Below, one piece after another: positions 26,445 to 35,134 of a stretch of 42,333 bases of DNA (positions are counted from its first letter, which is position 1; each line of letters begins with the position of its first letter). Below the pieces are notes generated by a model, which saw nothing but the letters and a program-made list of their open reading frames with translations, did not search any database and was not told the DNA's origin. The stretch spans positions 1 through 42,333 of IMG/VR virus record IMGVR_UViG_3300025608_000806; one strand, given 5' to 3'. The stretch is from a virus. Taxonomy: Duplodnaviria > Caudoviricetes. The translations under genes were made by a program, and so were the position numbers.

Positions 26445-27415
26445 TATTGTATAGCGTATTTTTTAAGGTTTGAATCGTCTGGAAGTCTTTTACCTGTTAG
26501 GTTTAATCTATCTTGATTTTCTATCCAATACTTTTCTAGGTTCTCCGGTATGTGGGCAAAAGGACCAGTTCTATCGAGTATTTTTAAATAGATATCCATC
26601 ACTTTACCGTAGTCCTCTTGTGAAAGGTTCTTTTCTAGAGCGGCGGATAATTCAAAGTAATCGTTTAGTTGATCCTGTGTTAGCTCTAGGCTGTATAACT
26701 TATTTAGAAGTGCAAGAGCTTCTTTGGGTGTTGAAGCTTCTACTTCTCTAGTTTCTTTATCTAATACTCCTTGTTCATGTTTGAACATTTTACCTTTAGC
26801 GGTAAAGAGTGCTAACATTAGTTGAGTTCTGTGTAATCCTTTTACTACTCCTTTATAGATGTTTGAATAGTAACTAAATTTCAACCAGTCCGGGTCTCCT
26901 ACATTTATGTCAACCTGTATTAGTTCTTTCTCTCTTGATCCGTTTTCGTTATATTGAGGGAATGCTAAGAATAGTGAATTTGAACCAGCAGATTTAGGAT
27001 CCGCTTGGAGGATAGTGCTGTCGGTGTTAATCTTTTCTGCGATTAACGTAAGCATAGCTCTTAATTGAGATTGAGCTTCAGTTGAAGTTCTTGCTCTCTT
27101 TCTTATTTTTTCAAAGTACTCGTTAAACTTTACTTCGTCTAGATCCCATCCTTCTAGATCGGGTTTACCGTCTTTAGTTAAATGTGTTACCGAGTAGGCG
27201 ACGTCGATGTCTCCTGACATGTCTTTCTTACCGGCAGAGCCTAGTTTTTCAAAGGAGGTGAAGGTAGAGGCTTTCTTTGGAAAGATTCTACCTATCTCTT
27301 CAACGAACTTTTCTAGCGTTGGTTCTATTTTTTCTTTTGCAATCGGAGCTGTTGTTCCAAATACGTTCCCTCCTTCAGTTATTAGTTCTTCTACGAGTGT
27401 GCGAAGTTTAATCAT
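26444..27415 (-). CDS. Pol-beta superfamily nucleotidyltransferase
   Basis: LGSAGKKDMSGDIDVA (hGS..DxD) and IQVDI third acid; leader MIKLRTLVEELITE. Confidence 0.8.
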   Translation of the reverse strand: MIKLRTLVEELITEGGNVFGTTAPIAKEKIEPTLEKFVEEIGRIFPKKASTFTSFEKLGSAGKKDMSGDIDVAYSVTHLTKDGKPDLEGWDLDEVKFNEYFEKIRKRARTSTEAQSQLRAMLTLIAEKINTDSTILQADPKSAGSNSLFLAFPQYNENGSREKELIQVDINVGDPDWLKFSYYSNIYKGVVKGLHRTQLMLALFTAKGKMFKHEQGVLDKETREVEASTPKEALALLNKLYSLELTQDQLNDYFELSAALEKNLSQEDYGKVMDIYLKILDRTGPFAHIPENLEKYWIENQDRLNLTGKRLPDDSNLKKYAIQ

Positions 27416-27427
27416 ATAGTATAAATA

Positions 27428-28222
27428 TCACACTTTTAGCTTAATACTTGTTGGAAGAACTTCTGTTATAGGTTTTAGGTTAGGCTGTTTGATTAAATAG
27501 ATTTCATAAAGGTGTTTAAAGATTCTCTTACACTCTTCAAAAGGGGTAGTTGTTTCTTTTAGCTGCCACCCTTTTCCTTGTATAATGCCTTCTTTCTTGC
27601 TCTCTCCTCTAGTCGAGGCTTTTAGCCACAGTATACCCATTCTATCGATAGGTCTTTCAAAACTTTCGTTCCAAGATTGAGTATAGCATGCGAGCTGGAG
27701 GTCGTATGTATCGTGTAGGTAGTTGGAGGTTTTAATGTCTACCATCCATAATTCTCCTTTTATCTCAAGTATTAAATCCGCTGTTCCTGCTATCTTTAGT
27801 TCATCAGAAAATACATGTACTTCAGATTCTATAAGTGTAGGTTTATGTGTTTCCCAAAACTCTACAAACTTTAATATCATCTTCCAGACCTTAAGGCTAT
27901 ACTTAGTTTTACCCCACTGGTCTAGCCAGTGAATCTCTTCTCCTTTTAGGTAAGCTTCGATAGCTTCATGTACCTGTGTTCCTTCATTACCCGCTCTTCG
28001 CATTATAATATCTGCGTTTGCTCCTACGTCTTTTAACCAGGTCTCAAAGAACTTACCTTTAGGGAAGTAGGAGAGCACAGTTGTGACGGAAGGGTAATAT
28101 TTTTCTTGGTTTCTTTGGTAGAACCTACTGTCGGTTAGTGTTATTTGACGGGCAGTAGAGTCTGGATGTATAAGTCTTTTAACGAATGCATCTTTTTTAA
28201 TGTCTTTGTTCTTTTCAATCAT
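27428..28222 (-). CDS. PD-(D/E)XK phage exonuclease
   Basis: YPSVTTVL, GTQVH, E...AGTAD...DIKTS, QLACY. Confidence 0.88.
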   Translation of the reverse strand: MIEKNKDIKKDAFVKRLIHPDSTARQITLTDSRFYQRNQEKYYPSVTTVLSYFPKGKFFETWLKDVGANADIIMRRAGNEGTQVHEAIEAYLKGEEIHWLDQWGKTKYSLKVWKMILKFVEFWETHKPTLIESEVHVFSDELKIAGTADLILEIKGELWMVDIKTSNYLHDTYDLQLACYTQSWNESFERPIDRMGILWLKASTRGESKKEGIIQGKGWQLKETTTPFEECKRIFKHLYEIYLIKQPNLKPITEVLPTSIKLKV

Positions 28223-29145
28223 AGTTGAAATTTCTTTTCTATTAGGGTTCTAAATGTCAAGGGCTTACTCTTATGTAAGAGTTTAGTAAATTCTTCAAAT
28301 CCGAGTTCAGAGGGATCTTTACCTCCTAACTCTATTAAAAAGACCTCTTTTCCGTGGTTTAGAAAGGTCTCACAGTATTCAAACGCTTGCTTTAAGGCGT
28401 CATTATCTAATGCGATAAATATCTGCTTAACACTAGATTCTACAATCTTATGCATTAACTTCTTAGGTATAGTTTTACCGAGTAAAGGTATTGCGTTTCT
28501 CTTAATTGCGATAGCGTCAAACATTCCTTCGCATATTATCAAAGGAGATTTCCAATTTACATGGAGGCCTAGAGGTAGAATGTCTTTAGAGACTTTTGGA
28601 TTCTTATACTTGTAGTCTGAAGGTCCGAAGTTTCGACCTACAAAGTAGTTTAGCATTCCTTCCTCTGTATAAGAAGGTAGTATTATCATATCTCTATATT
28701 TACCGGAAGCACAGAACCCTATTTCATATCTTTTAATTTCTAAAGGTCCTATGTTTCTACTCTTTAGGTAGCGTAATGCTTGTCTGGTTGATATATCGTT
28801 TATGTCTGGGTTATTTAGAGATCTGTACTCTTTAGGGAGTTCTATTACCTCTACGGAAGTACTTCTTTCTGAGTGGAAGGATATTTTAACATATTTCTTT
28901 AACTCCTCTAACTTATTAGAAGGAGCGGATGCTTTCCTAAAAAGAGAAGATATACTCTTACCTCGAGAATTACAAACCCAGCAATGCCAATGGTTTATAC
29001 CTTCTTCATTCTCCTTGAAGTTTACTTCTAATTTAGTTTTACGGTGATTGCAAAACGGGCAATGATATGAGTAGTTAGCTCCGGAGGTAGGTTTTCCTTT
29101 TCCTAAAACACTATCAACGAGGTTCACTAACAGGTGATTTACCAT
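28219..29145 (-). CDS. DNA primase (Zn-binding + TOPRIM)
   Basis: CPFCNH...HCWVC; CEGMFD, LDND, KDP motifs. Confidence 0.9.
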   Translation of the reverse strand: MVNHLLVNLVDSVLGKGKPTSGANYSYHCPFCNHRKTKLEVNFKENEEGINHWHCWVCNSRGKSISSLFRKASAPSNKLEELKKYVKISFHSERSTSVEVIELPKEYRSLNNPDINDISTRQALRYLKSRNIGPLEIKRYEIGFCASGKYRDMIILPSYTEEGMLNYFVGRNFGPSDYKYKNPKVSKDILPLGLHVNWKSPLIICEGMFDAIAIKRNAIPLLGKTIPKKLMHKIVESSVKQIFIALDNDALKQAFEYCETFLNHGKEVFLIELGGKDPSELGFEEFTKLLHKSKPLTFRTLIEKKFQL

Positions 29146-29157
29146 AATAATTATAAT

Positions 29158-29186
29158 AATATACGAACTTTTTTGCAGACAAACAA
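29158..29186 (-). promoter_or_regulatory. Bipartite promoter TTGTTT-N17-TATATT upstream of primase
   Basis: 17 nt spacer, GTTCG before -10 as at 19752. Confidence 0.65.
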
Positions 29187-29202
29187 GCTCTTATCTACTT
29201 TA

Positions 29203-29649
29203 TTACTCTTCTATAAGGTCCTTAGGGTAAAACTTCCCAAGTATATTGGAGTTATATGAATCTTTCATTAATACTTCGAATAAGCATTGATAATGTAATT
29301 CATAGTAAGTTAGTTGTTTTTTTGAGAAAGTCAACTTTATAATTTCTCTTTTAAATTTATCTACACCTAACTCTTTTATATCCTCCAGAAGAGGTTTATT
29401 TGATCCCCAGTAGGAAAGCCAGTTGGATTCTTTAGTTACTTTCTTTTTCGTAGGTTTACGACCTGGTCCGGTTTGTTCAGAAAGTTCTTTTTTAGTAAGT
29501 TTTTTATTAAGAGTATTTAATAAAATTTTTCTACCTATATAGATTTTATTATTTTCTAGATTTGTTATTCTATATACAAAACCGTGACAATTTTCAGGGA
29601 ATTGCTCTCTTGAGTTTATTTCCTCATCTTGATATAACCATTTTGACAT
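29203..29649 (-). CDS. GIY-YIG family nuclease
   Basis: GFVYRITN....YIGRK, YWGS, F.REI, YYE, YN motifs. Confidence 0.85.
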   Translation of the reverse strand: MSKWLYQDEEINSREQFPENCHGFVYRITNLENNKIYIGRKILLNTLNKKLTKKELSEQTGPGRKPTKKKVTKESNWLSYWGSNKPLLEDIKELGVDKFKREIIKLTFSKKQLTYYELHYQCLFEVLMKDSYNSNILGKFYPKDLIEE

Positions 29650-29663
29650 AGAGTGTTTTGTTT

Positions 29664-30599
29664 TTATCTATCTAGATTAATAAGTATTGTTGTATCTGAT
29701 GTTGTACTTGTAGGTAGGGGTTGTGCTAGTTTTGCAATTCCTAATAGTTCTTGATTATCATTATATAAACCTACTCCTGTTATGTACGGATTGAAGGTAG
29801 ATCCTGTTGCGAAATCTACTAAGGCACCTCCTTCAGGTTGATAGTAGCTACTGGAGTTATACGTAAAGGCGCTAGAGCCGGATAGTAGGGTTTCATTGAG
29901 TGAGAAGTTATACTCCGATGGACTTACTGTGCATTTATATTGAGTTTCATATATGGTGTAGCAGGAGGAGAATTCGCATCCAAATAGAGAGCCTGTAGTG
30001 AAGGAATTTACTATCCCGGAAACATTATTTGTTAATATTGCAATACCATGTTGGTATATAATATTACCTACAATCTTATTAGGTGTAGAATTTAATATTA
30101 AGTTACCTTCTCCGTCATCTGTTACCGTCCCTACAACGTAGTCCGTCATTAAGAAAGAGTTCGGCAGTATTTTATCTCCATATAAGTGTTTAGGTATGGA
30201 AAATACCCCGATTATAGCGTCAGATGCTGTTGGGAAGAATCTTTCAAACGTTAAATCTGTTTGTAAGTAATTATCGAATCTTCCTGCAGATGATGTAGGG
30301 CCGCTATCGAATTCATTGGGTATGAACTTCGGTACTGATACAGGGTCTCCATAGCTTGAGCTTTGATAATTTGAATAGTATAACTCTTTAGCGCTATTGT
30401 ATATAAGTCTCTGGTATTCAGTAGAAATGTCTCCGGTTGTTGCTTCGTTAGTTGAGAACAGTCCGGTTATATTTTTACCTAAGAATCTATCTACTCCTGA
30501 ACCTGTAGCGGCTGCGGGGGTGGAGAAGGAAAAGTCTTTACTTACCTCTAGAGGAGTTACTAGTATATCCGATGCTAATAGTTGTTTGTAGACGCTCAT
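29664..30599 (-). CDS. Baseplate/tail structural protein, paralog of 30605..31600
   Basis: C-terminal EYNFS.N...ITGVGLYND.QELL.IAKL..P motif shared with neighbour. Confidence 0.65.
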   Translation of the reverse strand: MSVYKQLLASDILVTPLEVSKDFSFSTPAAATGSGVDRFLGKNITGLFSTNEATTGDISTEYQRLIYNSAKELYYSNYQSSSYGDPVSVPKFIPNEFDSGPTSSAGRFDNYLQTDLTFERFFPTASDAIIGVFSIPKHLYGDKILPNSFLMTDYVVGTVTDDGEGNLILNSTPNKIVGNIIYQHGIAILTNNVSGIVNSFTTGSLFGCEFSSCYTIYETQYKCTVSPSEYNFSLNETLLSGSSAFTYNSSSYYQPEGGALVDFATGSTFNPYITGVGLYNDNQELLGIAKLAQPLPTSTTSDTTILINLDR

Positions 30600-30604
30600 T
30601 CATT

Positions 30605-31600
30605 TTAAAAGTCTAACTTAACTCTTAATAAAGTTTCTTTTGTAAAGTCTTTAACTAACGGCTTAGATAGTTTGGCTACTGCTAGGAGTTCATTTGTGTC
30701 GTTATATAATCCTACAGTTGTCATAAAGCTCTGTGGGGAGTTTATTAAAGCGGGGAATATTACATCTCCAGTAGATCCAGAAATATAGGATGGATTTTCA
30801 GAGTAGTTAAATTCTGAGTTTCTTGCTCTTACGAATACAAAATCAGAGGATAGTGTTTCTTCACTATTAACCTTAAATCCTCCGGGGTCAGAATCAGCAG
30901 CTCCGCTTATTGCAGTGAATATTGTTGTAATATTCTCTCCTGGAGCATCATAAGATCTGCTCACCTCTACTCCGATTGAAGAACTAACGGCTAGGGGGTT
31001 TATAATTATAGTAGAGATATCAGGTAAAAATAGTCCGTAAGATCCTTGGTTAGTAGAGTATCCTGTACCTCCATCGTGAGATGTTCCATCAGATCCTGAT
31101 ATTAGTTGGTAAACTCTACCGCAGTCTAGAAAAGTATCTGTTGTTACTAGTTTAGAGTTATCTGTAAGTTCTAAATTATAGGATCCTGAAATTACTAAGT
31201 TTAAACTAGCTGGTAGAAGTTTTTCTTTATACCTTGCTCTTTCTATAGAGATTGCCCAGAATGTTTCTGAGGTAGTTCCTCCGAAGTTAAAATCGCTATT
31301 TTCATCTCCGTATATTAAGTTTCTGAATTGCCCGTATACTGTTCTAGTTGGAGTTTTACCTCCTACTAAGTCGTTGTATTGAGCACTCCCTGATCCTAAT
31401 TTATCTCCGTATGCTAATGCAAATTGAATATCGGATCGTGCGGAAGTTTTATATACGTTTTTATAATAGTTGTCGTTAGTACTTGATGTTGAAGACGTAA
31501 AAAAGGTTGTAAGAGTTACGGTTTCGTCAGACCACACGGTAGAGGTGACGGTATCGCTACTTACTAGAAAGTCTTCTGGATCTAATCTTTTAAATGACAT
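30605..31600 (-). CDS. Baseplate/tail structural protein
   Basis: EFNYSENP...TTVGLYNDTNELLAVAKLSKP, resembling fibre-attachment wedge domains. Confidence 0.65.
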   Translation of the reverse strand: MSFKRLDPEDFLVSSDTVTSTVWSDETVTLTTFFTSSTSSTNDNYYKNVYKTSARSDIQFALAYGDKLGSGSAQYNDLVGGKTPTRTVYGQFRNLIYGDENSDFNFGGTTSETFWAISIERARYKEKLLPASLNLVISGSYNLELTDNSKLVTTDTFLDCGRVYQLISGSDGTSHDGGTGYSTNQGSYGLFLPDISTIIINPLAVSSSIGVEVSRSYDAPGENITTIFTAISGAADSDPGGFKVNSEETLSSDFVFVRARNSEFNYSENPSYISGSTGDVIFPALINSPQSFMTTVGLYNDTNELLAVAKLSKPLVKDFTKETLLRVKLDF

Positions 31601-31612
31601 ATGTTATTACTG

Positions 31613-32269
31613 TTATTGTACTTTAGTTACTGTTATTGGTATGGATACTCTAGCTCCAGAATCTCGACCTACTATTACTAAGGTAGCGGTTAGTGATGTA
31701 TTAGTTCCGAATAGGGTATTAATTGTTGTTGCAGTCATACTCAGGCTTGTACCAACTACTGTTCTAGATACTGAGGTTCCTATAGTACTAGTAGAGTTTA
31801 AAGCTTGTACTTCGGGTGTATCTATACCTACTCCGTTGAAACTATTTAGTAGCCTTACATCTGAGATAGTAAATGTATATCCGGATGTTTCGTTTACTGT
31901 ACCTTGAGATAGATAATTTAACGTATTAGGTCTTATAGTGAATGGAGTTCCTTGTTTAAATGAGACAGCAGAAACTGCTATATCTATTACAGGCATTCTA
32001 GCAGTTCCTCTAGGTAAGGTAACTAGCTTGTACTTCATTACTTGAGTCTCATCAGGGAATGCTTCTAGTAATGGCATATTCTCTATAGCTTCTCCGTAGA
32101 ATCCAGACCCTGATGGGTGAGTGGGGTTATATAAAGTGTAATCTACCTCGTCATCAGATAATGCAAATTGTGTAATTCTAAAGGAGCCATCTCCTCTTGC
32201 TAGTAATTCTCTTCCCTTTTTCGTTAATATAGCGTCTAAGGTTACTGTTGTATTGTTTAAAAAGCCCAT
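31613..32269 (-). CDS. Baseplate/tail structural protein
   Basis: DAILTKKGRELLA...ITQFALSDDEVDY, resembling tail-collar/fibre N-terminal LT..G...LA motif. Confidence 0.65.
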   Translation of the reverse strand: MGFLNNTTVTLDAILTKKGRELLARGDGSFRITQFALSDDEVDYTLYNPTHPSGSGFYGEAIENMPLLEAFPDETQVMKYKLVTLPRGTARMPVIDIAVSAVSFKQGTPFTIRPNTLNYLSQGTVNETSGYTFTISDVRLLNSFNGVGIDTPEVQALNSTSTIGTSVSRTVVGTSLSMTATTINTLFGTNTSLTATLVIVGRDSGARVSIPITVTKVQ

Positions 32270-32318
32270 GTTTTACTTTTATTTATTATAAATATCTATT
32301 TTCTTTAAAGTTAATCAT

Positions 32319-35114
32319 TTAGTTTGTACGTGATATAGCCCCTACTCTTATAGCAACTTCTCTTGCATCGTATTGAGGGTCAAAATTCTCCGGGAGAAGT
32401 AGACCTTCTCCTGTATATGCTCCTGGTTTATTTTTTGCTAGTATGTAGAATTCGGTAGGAATTCTTCGGATTATTCTAAAGTTTTGACTACTGTAGTCTG
32501 CAGGATCAGATAGCCCTTCCGTCTCCGGTAGTAATTCTAATAGGCTGGCGCTGTAGTTGAAGGGGTAGCTGGAGCCGGATCGTCTAAAGGTGGTAATAAA
32601 GTCGGGATTAGGGGCAAATGATATTGTTCTCATACTGCTTATAGGTGATACCTGGCTATTACCTACTCTTATAGAAGTATCGAAACTTGCGGTGCTTGAT
32701 ACTCTTATGAAATCACCTCGTTGGATTGGGAAGTAGGTTTCTTCTGCCGGGTTTACAACTTCTTGAGTGTACTCGTTAGTTTTTGAATTGTATATATAAA
32801 CGTTTCCCAAACTCTGCATAGCAGAGGGAAAGTTGTTTGGATAGTTGGCGGGGTTAGAATTTATAAGGTCTATCCAAGCTCCTTCAAACTGTGAGGAGGT
32901 ATATGGAATCCACATGGGTTGATTAAAGCTTGGGGAGACGCTATCGGGTAGGGCAACTAAGGATTGTGTTACTGCAATACCGTTGTGGAATCCTACGGGT
33001 CTATCGCTTGGGGAGGAATAGGCGTAGGAAATTGCTCCATTTGGATAGTTACTACCTAGGTGTCCGGATCCCGCACTTCCTGATTTCATCAATATGGTTT
33101 GATATAGTTCCCCTACGGCTTCTAATTCTACTGCTCCTTCAAGTATTTCGTCCAGTGTGGCTGGTGCTATTGAGGGTCTATCTCCTTGCTTAAATAACTG
33201 TCCTATAAAATCTAGATTTGTATTTTCAGAAGTTAGCGTTATAGTATCTTCTGTTTCAGCATTAATTAGCTGTGTTATATTAATATTTCCTCCTATGCCT
33301 ATACCGAGTTCTGCAGAATTATATATTCCGTTAAAGTGGGCAAACCATGGGGTTAATCTATCTGCCGGGTATCCGGTTTGAATAGATCTATCGGCGAAGG
33401 ATTGATTAATATTTATCTCCCCGCTGTTTTTACTACCTAGATATCTCGGTGTTATACTCCTTAAACTCGTATAATTTGAATCCGGTACAATCGCAGGGAT
33501 AGCGGATCCAGAGAGTATTAAATCTATATTGACGGGGGTTCTTGCATTAGATGAATAGTCTACATCTTGGTAGAGTGTTGAAGCTCTATTATCCTCTACG
33601 TTGTTTAGTATTGGATCAGGGTTAATTGAATGTAATATTTGTGCAGTTGTAGTTGACCCGGAGTATTCTCCATTATAAAATTCATACTGTGATGATTCTA
33701 TTTGAGTAACTAGCCCTGCAGGAGTTGAATAGCTTGCAGTCCATGCTTGATTAGAACCTGTTAAACTGTTAACAGAACCTCCAGGCCCTCCGCTAAATAC
33801 TTCTATAGTACCTGCTTCATATCCTCTTGATTGAGGTTTGATAGATCCGGTAAGAGTTTCATCTCTTAATGTGACTTGGGCTGGCCTTACTCTATTTCTC
33901 TCCAGTAGATGTTGTTTTACTGTAACTCCGGTAGCTAGTCCTGCTCTTACCGGTGTAAAATCTTTTATCATCTGAAATACTGCGTTATCGTAGTATTTAG
34001 ATAATCTTATATAGTCTTTGTAGTTGTAGCTTTTACTGTACTTGTTGAAGTACCTATTTTTTAAACTTACTAAATCAGGGTAATCTCTAAGAGGAGAGGT
34101 AACTTGTCTAGGGTCTCCAATATACTCTCCTATATTAAAGTATCCGTAGGTTGCGTTTATATCGTCATTTATTTCATTCTGAGGGGAGAGAGTGATTTCA
34201 GCATAGTTAACATCTCTAGTAGAGCTTTGGCTAATCTGTAGATTTTGCTGTATTTGTAATTGTGAGGATAAGACTTTATTATCTGGTATATTACTAAAGG
34301 TGGAGGATGTAAGAGGTAGTACTAGGTTAGGTCTTTTAATTTTATCTGATATTCTGTTTCGAACTCCTCCTAATACTTGATCAACTAGAATAGTTTCGTA
34401 GTTAGGTCCGAAAGAACCGCTTATAAGAGTGAAGTTATTTCCAGTTGAGAAAGAATTGCTCTGTACTGCCCCTCCAACTCCAGGATGAATAGAACTTGAT
34501 TGTGTGAATAATTCTCCTCCTAGACTTGCCCGGAAGGTTAAATCACTACTACCTTCTATAGAGTTAGGATTTTGAGTATAGGCATCAAATTGCTGCTCTG
34601 TTATAGTTTCTGTAAAATATCTTAATTCTTGTAGCTGTCCGTTAAATGGTATGTAGGTTTTGGATAGAGTGGTCGTTGATCCTGATCCGGGGAAGTATAC
34701 TGTACCTGCATTATTCCAATCTAATGATCCGGTAAAGGAATCAGTCGCTTTGAATCCTACTGTGTTTCCATCTACTCCGTCATATAGTTTATTTGCAGCA
34801 TATAAGGTGTAGGTATAGTTATTACTCTGTGCTACCATTACAGACCACCAACCTCCATCTAAGAAGGGTAGGTATACACTTGCAAATGTTCCTATGTCTT
34901 CATGAGTGAACTTTAGGGTTCCGTACTTACTATATGGGTCTGGTATTGATCCAGAATATGATCCGCTTGCTAGTGATGAGGTATGTTCTAATACGACTGT
35001 GAATTGCGGGTCGTCATCGTTGTCGATATTTACAAAAAGGGATTGAGAGGGGGGTGTATTTGCAGTAACTGCAGGGCTCTTAAATCTAAACTGTATGGTT
35101 TTTATTATCGACAT
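32319..35114 (-). CDS. Large baseplate-associated protein with N-terminal LamG-like domain
   Basis: 931 aa; TIQFRFK..WWSVMV..FNGQLQELRYF; IKDFTPVR..GVTVKQHLLERNR. Confidence 0.6.
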   Translation of the reverse strand: MSIIKTIQFRFKSPAVTANTPPSQSLFVNIDNDDDPQFTVVLEHTSSLASGSYSGSIPDPYSKYGTLKFTHEDIGTFASVYLPFLDGGWWSVMVAQSNNYTYTLYAANKLYDGVDGNTVGFKATDSFTGSLDWNNAGTVYFPGSGSTTTLSKTYIPFNGQLQELRYFTETITEQQFDAYTQNPNSIEGSSDLTFRASLGGELFTQSSSIHPGVGGAVQSNSFSTGNNFTLISGSFGPNYETILVDQVLGGVRNRISDKIKRPNLVLPLTSSTFSNIPDNKVLSSQLQIQQNLQISQSSTRDVNYAEITLSPQNEINDDINATYGYFNIGEYIGDPRQVTSPLRDYPDLVSLKNRYFNKYSKSYNYKDYIRLSKYYDNAVFQMIKDFTPVRAGLATGVTVKQHLLERNRVRPAQVTLRDETLTGSIKPQSRGYEAGTIEVFSGGPGGSVNSLTGSNQAWTASYSTPAGLVTQIESSQYEFYNGEYSGSTTTAQILHSINPDPILNNVEDNRASTLYQDVDYSSNARTPVNIDLILSGSAIPAIVPDSNYTSLRSITPRYLGSKNSGEININQSFADRSIQTGYPADRLTPWFAHFNGIYNSAELGIGIGGNINITQLINAETEDTITLTSENTNLDFIGQLFKQGDRPSIAPATLDEILEGAVELEAVGELYQTILMKSGSAGSGHLGSNYPNGAISYAYSSPSDRPVGFHNGIAVTQSLVALPDSVSPSFNQPMWIPYTSSQFEGAWIDLINSNPANYPNNFPSAMQSLGNVYIYNSKTNEYTQEVVNPAEETYFPIQRGDFIRVSSTASFDTSIRVGNSQVSPISSMRTISFAPNPDFITTFRRSGSSYPFNYSASLLELLPETEGLSDPADYSSQNFRIIRRIPTEFYILAKNKPGAYTGEGLLLPENFDPQYDAREVAIRVGAISRTN

Positions 35115-35134
35115 CTATTATAAATATTGATTTA

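Noticed and set aside
22860-27415. CBASS or MNT-HEPN toxin-antitoxin assignment
   Set aside because: No recognisable Cap effector or HEPN partner; context is a phage late gene block
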